In this document: one piece after another, positions 61,557-64,000 of the stretch
How positions within the stretch are numbered: position 1 is the stretch's first letter
Layout: every line of letters starts with the position of its first letter
Source of the DNA: Pseudomonadota bacterium
GTDB taxonomy: Bacteria; Pseudomonadota; Gammaproteobacteria; Acidiferrobacterales; UBA6901
Length of the DNA: 64,000 bases
Reading direction: 5' to 3'
Assembly: GCA_027364845.1 (NCBI GenBank)
Contig: DAHXOO010000002.1
Location: 12,156 to 76,155 of the forward strand
The notes under the pieces: model-generated
The model's database searches: none
The model's input: the letters and a program-made list of their open reading frames with translations, nothing else
What the model was told of the DNA's origin: nothing
Program-made: the position numbers and the translations under genes

Positions 61557-64000
61557 TCAAGAAAATTCGCGCAGGGTCAGCAGCGGTGGGCAGGTGAACA
61601 CAAAGCGCGTACCCCATACGCCAAAGAATCCGACCCCGATACCGCCACCGATCAGTCCGGCAAGCCACAGTCGCGGATCGACGCGGTAGTGGAGATGAAA
61701 CAGATGCGACGCGATAAGGTAGCCCGCGACTGTCGCGGCAAAAGCCGCCAGAATCCCGGAGAGCATTCCAAGGGCGACGAACTCCACCGCCAGACTCAGC
61801 GTCAGCTGGCGCGTGGTCGCACCCAAGGCACGCATCAGCGCGATCTCATGCGTGCGCTCGTCCTGCGTGGCCTGGACGGCGGCGTAGAGCACCGTCAGTC
61901 CTGCCAGCAAAGTAAAAACGAACACATATTCCAGTGACAGGTTCACGCGGTTCATGATGCTGCGGACTTGGGCCATCACCGCCTGCACGTCAATGATGGT
62001 GAGATTGGGGAAATGTTGCATCAGCTTCTGCAGCAGCCCGTGCCGGGTCGCAGCAAGATGAAAGCTCGTGATATACGTTGCCGGATAGCTGTCGAGCAGG
62101 CCGGGCGGAGCCACAACGAAGAAATTCACGCGGAAGGAATCCCACTCGACCCGCCGCAGATTCGCAACGCGGACAGAAATGTCCCGGTCTGCGATACGGT
62201 ATTCAAGCGTGTCGCCAAGCTTTATTCCCAGTGTCTTGGCCAGGCCCTGCTCCACCGATATGAGCGGCTTGCCATATTGCGCTACAGTCCACCATTGGCC
62301 CGCAATGACGTGATTGTCGCGCTGCGGTCGCGCGGCCCACGACAGATTGAACTCTCGCTCAACCAGATGGCGGGCGCGGATATTGGAGTAACTCGAGGCA
62401 TCCACCGGCTTGCTGTTGATCGCGAGCAGCCGCCCGCGCACCATCGGATAAAGCTCTGTGCCCTTCAGCCCGTTGGCAGCGAAAAACTGCTGCAGTGACG
62501 TGACCTGGTCGGGCTGTACATTGATGACGAACTGGTTCGGAATGCCCGACGGCAAGCTATGTTCCCACTCCCTGATCAGATCACCGCGCACGAGCGACAG
62601 CAGCAGTAGCAGCATGATGCTAACCCCGAATGCGACCACTTGCACAACACTGGTGCCGGCGCGGCGCGCGATGCTCGCAAGCGCGAAACGCCAGGCAACG
62701 CCGGAGTGCGCACGCAGCATCCTGAGCAGGCGCACCAATCCGTACGCCACCGCGCCCAGGATGACAAGTGTGGCCGAGGTACCGATGAGCAGGTAGGCCG
62801 TGAGCTGCAGATCACGCGTTTGCCAGAGCATGAGCGCGGCGATGACCGCCAGCGCAGCAGCATAAACCACCCAGGTTCGTGCCTGCATCTGGCCAAGGTC
62901 GCGCCGCAGTACGCGTGCAGGAGGCACGTCCCTCAGCCGCAGCACCGGAGGAAGAGCGAAACCAAGCAGGGCGGCCAGACCGGTAAACATGCCGCTCACT
63001 ACCGGAAGCCATGACGGTGGCGGAAGCGGTGCAACGACCAGGCCGGAAAGCAGGTACACGAGGACCTGCTGAGCAAAGTAACCGACGGCACAGCCGGCCA
63101 GGCTGGCGCCCAGACCGAGCCACAGCATCTGCAGTACATGAAGCCATAGAATAAAGCGCTGCGTGGCCCCGAGACAGCGCATGACCGCGGTACCGTCAAG
63201 ATGGCGCGTGGCATAGCGCCGTGTCGCCGTCGCGATGGCCACTCCCGCGAGCACCACGCTGACCAACGCGGCGAGGCCGAGAAACTTCTGCGCGCGGTCA
63301 AGCGCCTCGCGCAACTGCGGGTTGGCATCGCGAACGTCTTCGAGACGCTCCCCCGGTTGAAGCCGCCGGCCGACCCACCGCCGGAACGTCGCTAGCGCCG
63401 GCGCCGGACCGGCGATGAGCAGGCGGTAACCGACGCGACTGCCCGGGCCAATCAAGCGGGTAGCCGACATGTCATCGAGATTCATCAGCAGTCGGGGCGC
63501 GATACCAAACAGATCGCCTCCGCGGTCGGGCTCGTAACCGAGTACCTTGGCGATCGTGAGTACCGAGGAACCGAGCTTGAGCCTGTCACCTATGCGCAGC
63601 TCGAGACGAGTGAGCGCACGTGGACCCAGCCATACCGTGTTGCGTGCCGGGATGGCGCGCGTCGGCGACTCGCTGCCATAGGGAACTTGCGCGACCCGCA
63701 GCATCCCGCGTAGCGGGTAGCCGGTACTCACCGCCTTGACTGCGAGCAGTTGGGTCTTTCCGCGGGCGAGCACAACGCTTGGAAAACTGACTGTCTCCGC
63801 CGTTTCCAGACCGAGACTGCGGGCATTACCGGCGAACCCGGGATCGATAGGATCGGAGGAGACCACCGCGAGGTCTGCGCCGAGCAGCGCCGAGGCCTGA
63901 CCTTCCATGAGCTGCCGCACGCGATCGGTGAAAAACCCAACTGCGGTCGTGCTCGCGACGGCGATGGCGAGCGCCAATGCCAGCACCCGAAGTTCACCCG
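61557..64000 (-). CDS. FtsX-family ABC transporter permease, YbbP-like double-module type (5' end outside window)
   Basis: About 10 TM helices in two FtsX modules separated by large periplasmic loops. The reading frame remains open to the window edge (…GELRVLALALAIAV). Confidence 0.85.
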   Translation of the reverse strand, partial: GELRVLALALAIAVASTTAVGFFTDRVRQLMEGQASALLGADLAVVSSDPIDPGFAGNARSLGLETAETVSFPSVVLARGKTQLLAVKAVSTGYPLRGMLRVAQVPYGSESPTRAIPARNTVWLGPRALTRLELRIGDRLKLGSSVLTIAKVLGYEPDRGGDLFGIAPRLLMNLDDMSATRLIGPGSRVGYRLLIAGPAPALATFRRWVGRRLQPGERLEDVRDANPQLREALDRAQKFLGLAALVSVVLAGVAIATATRRYATRHLDGTAVMRCLGATQRFILWLHVLQMLWLGLGASLAGCAVGYFAQQVLVYLLSGLVVAPLPPPSWLPVVSGMFTGLAALLGFALPPVLRLRDVPPARVLRRDLGQMQARTWVVYAAALAVIAALMLWQTRDLQLTAYLLIGTSATLVILGAVAYGLVRLLRMLRAHSGVAWRFALASIARRAGTSVVQVVAFGVSIMLLLLLSLVRGDLIREWEHSLPSGIPNQFVINVQPDQVTSLQQFFAANGLKGTELYPMVRGRLLAINSKPVDASSYSNIRARHLVEREFNLSWAARPQRDNHVIAGQWWTVAQYGKPLISVEQGLAKTLGIKLGDTLEYRIADRDISVRVANLRRVEWDSFRVNFFVVAPPGLLDSYPATYITSFHLAATRHGLLQKLMQHFPNLTIIDVQAVMAQVRSIMNRVNLSLEYVFVFTLLAGLTVLYAAVQATQDERTHEIALMRALGATTRQLTLSLAVEFVALGMLSGILAAFAATVAGYLIASHLFHLHYRVDPRLWLAGLIGGGIGVGFFGVWGTRFVFTCPPLLTLREFS

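Overview
This is a 64-kb stretch of a GC-rich proteobacterial chromosome. The gene order (rhlB-trxA-rho, aroQ-accBC-prmA-dusB-fis-purH-purD, cutA-dsbD) looks gamma/beta-proteobacterial. I call about 60 protein-coding genes, nearly all housekeeping:
- ADP-heptose/LPS core: hldE 3' end, hldD, gmhA, gmhB, waaA.
- Biosynthesis: metA, an AsnB-type amidotransferase, thiC behind a TPP riboswitch, ilvE, glnE, purH/purD/purE, accBC, aroQ, hemF, mtnB/mtnD.
- Other core functions: groESL behind a perfect CIRCE operator, cutA-dsbD-tlpA, SPFH/NfeD, rhlB, trxA, rho, rpmE, malic enzyme plus mdh, exbBD, and a YbbP-like FtsX permease cut by the window end.

I found no rRNA, tRNA or CRISPR array. Three short, visibly A/T-richer accessory patches interrupt the core:
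- 9.56-12.27 kb: an unexplained non-coding block, an intact IS630-family element with a TA target-site duplication, and two small orphan genes.
- 29.5-31.0 kb: vapBC plus about 0.7 kb of uninterpretable DNA and an orphan terminator.
- 51.1-52.1 kb: a decayed rve/DDE transposase between trxA and rho.

I do not see a convincing multi-gene novel system such as a defence-island architecture. The best unexplained items are:
- A secreted subtilase operon with a stand-alone propeptide-like paralogue and a large intra-domain insertion.
- A tandem pair of paralogous proteins with degenerate GGDEF motifs but intact I-sites.
- A DsbD with a duplicated, cysteine-retaining alpha domain.
- An ABC exporter with an uncharacterised N-terminal domain of about 145 aa.
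- A P-loop NTPase apparently co-transcribed with metA.

All functional calls come from reading the supplied translations and recalling family motifs. No database search was run.
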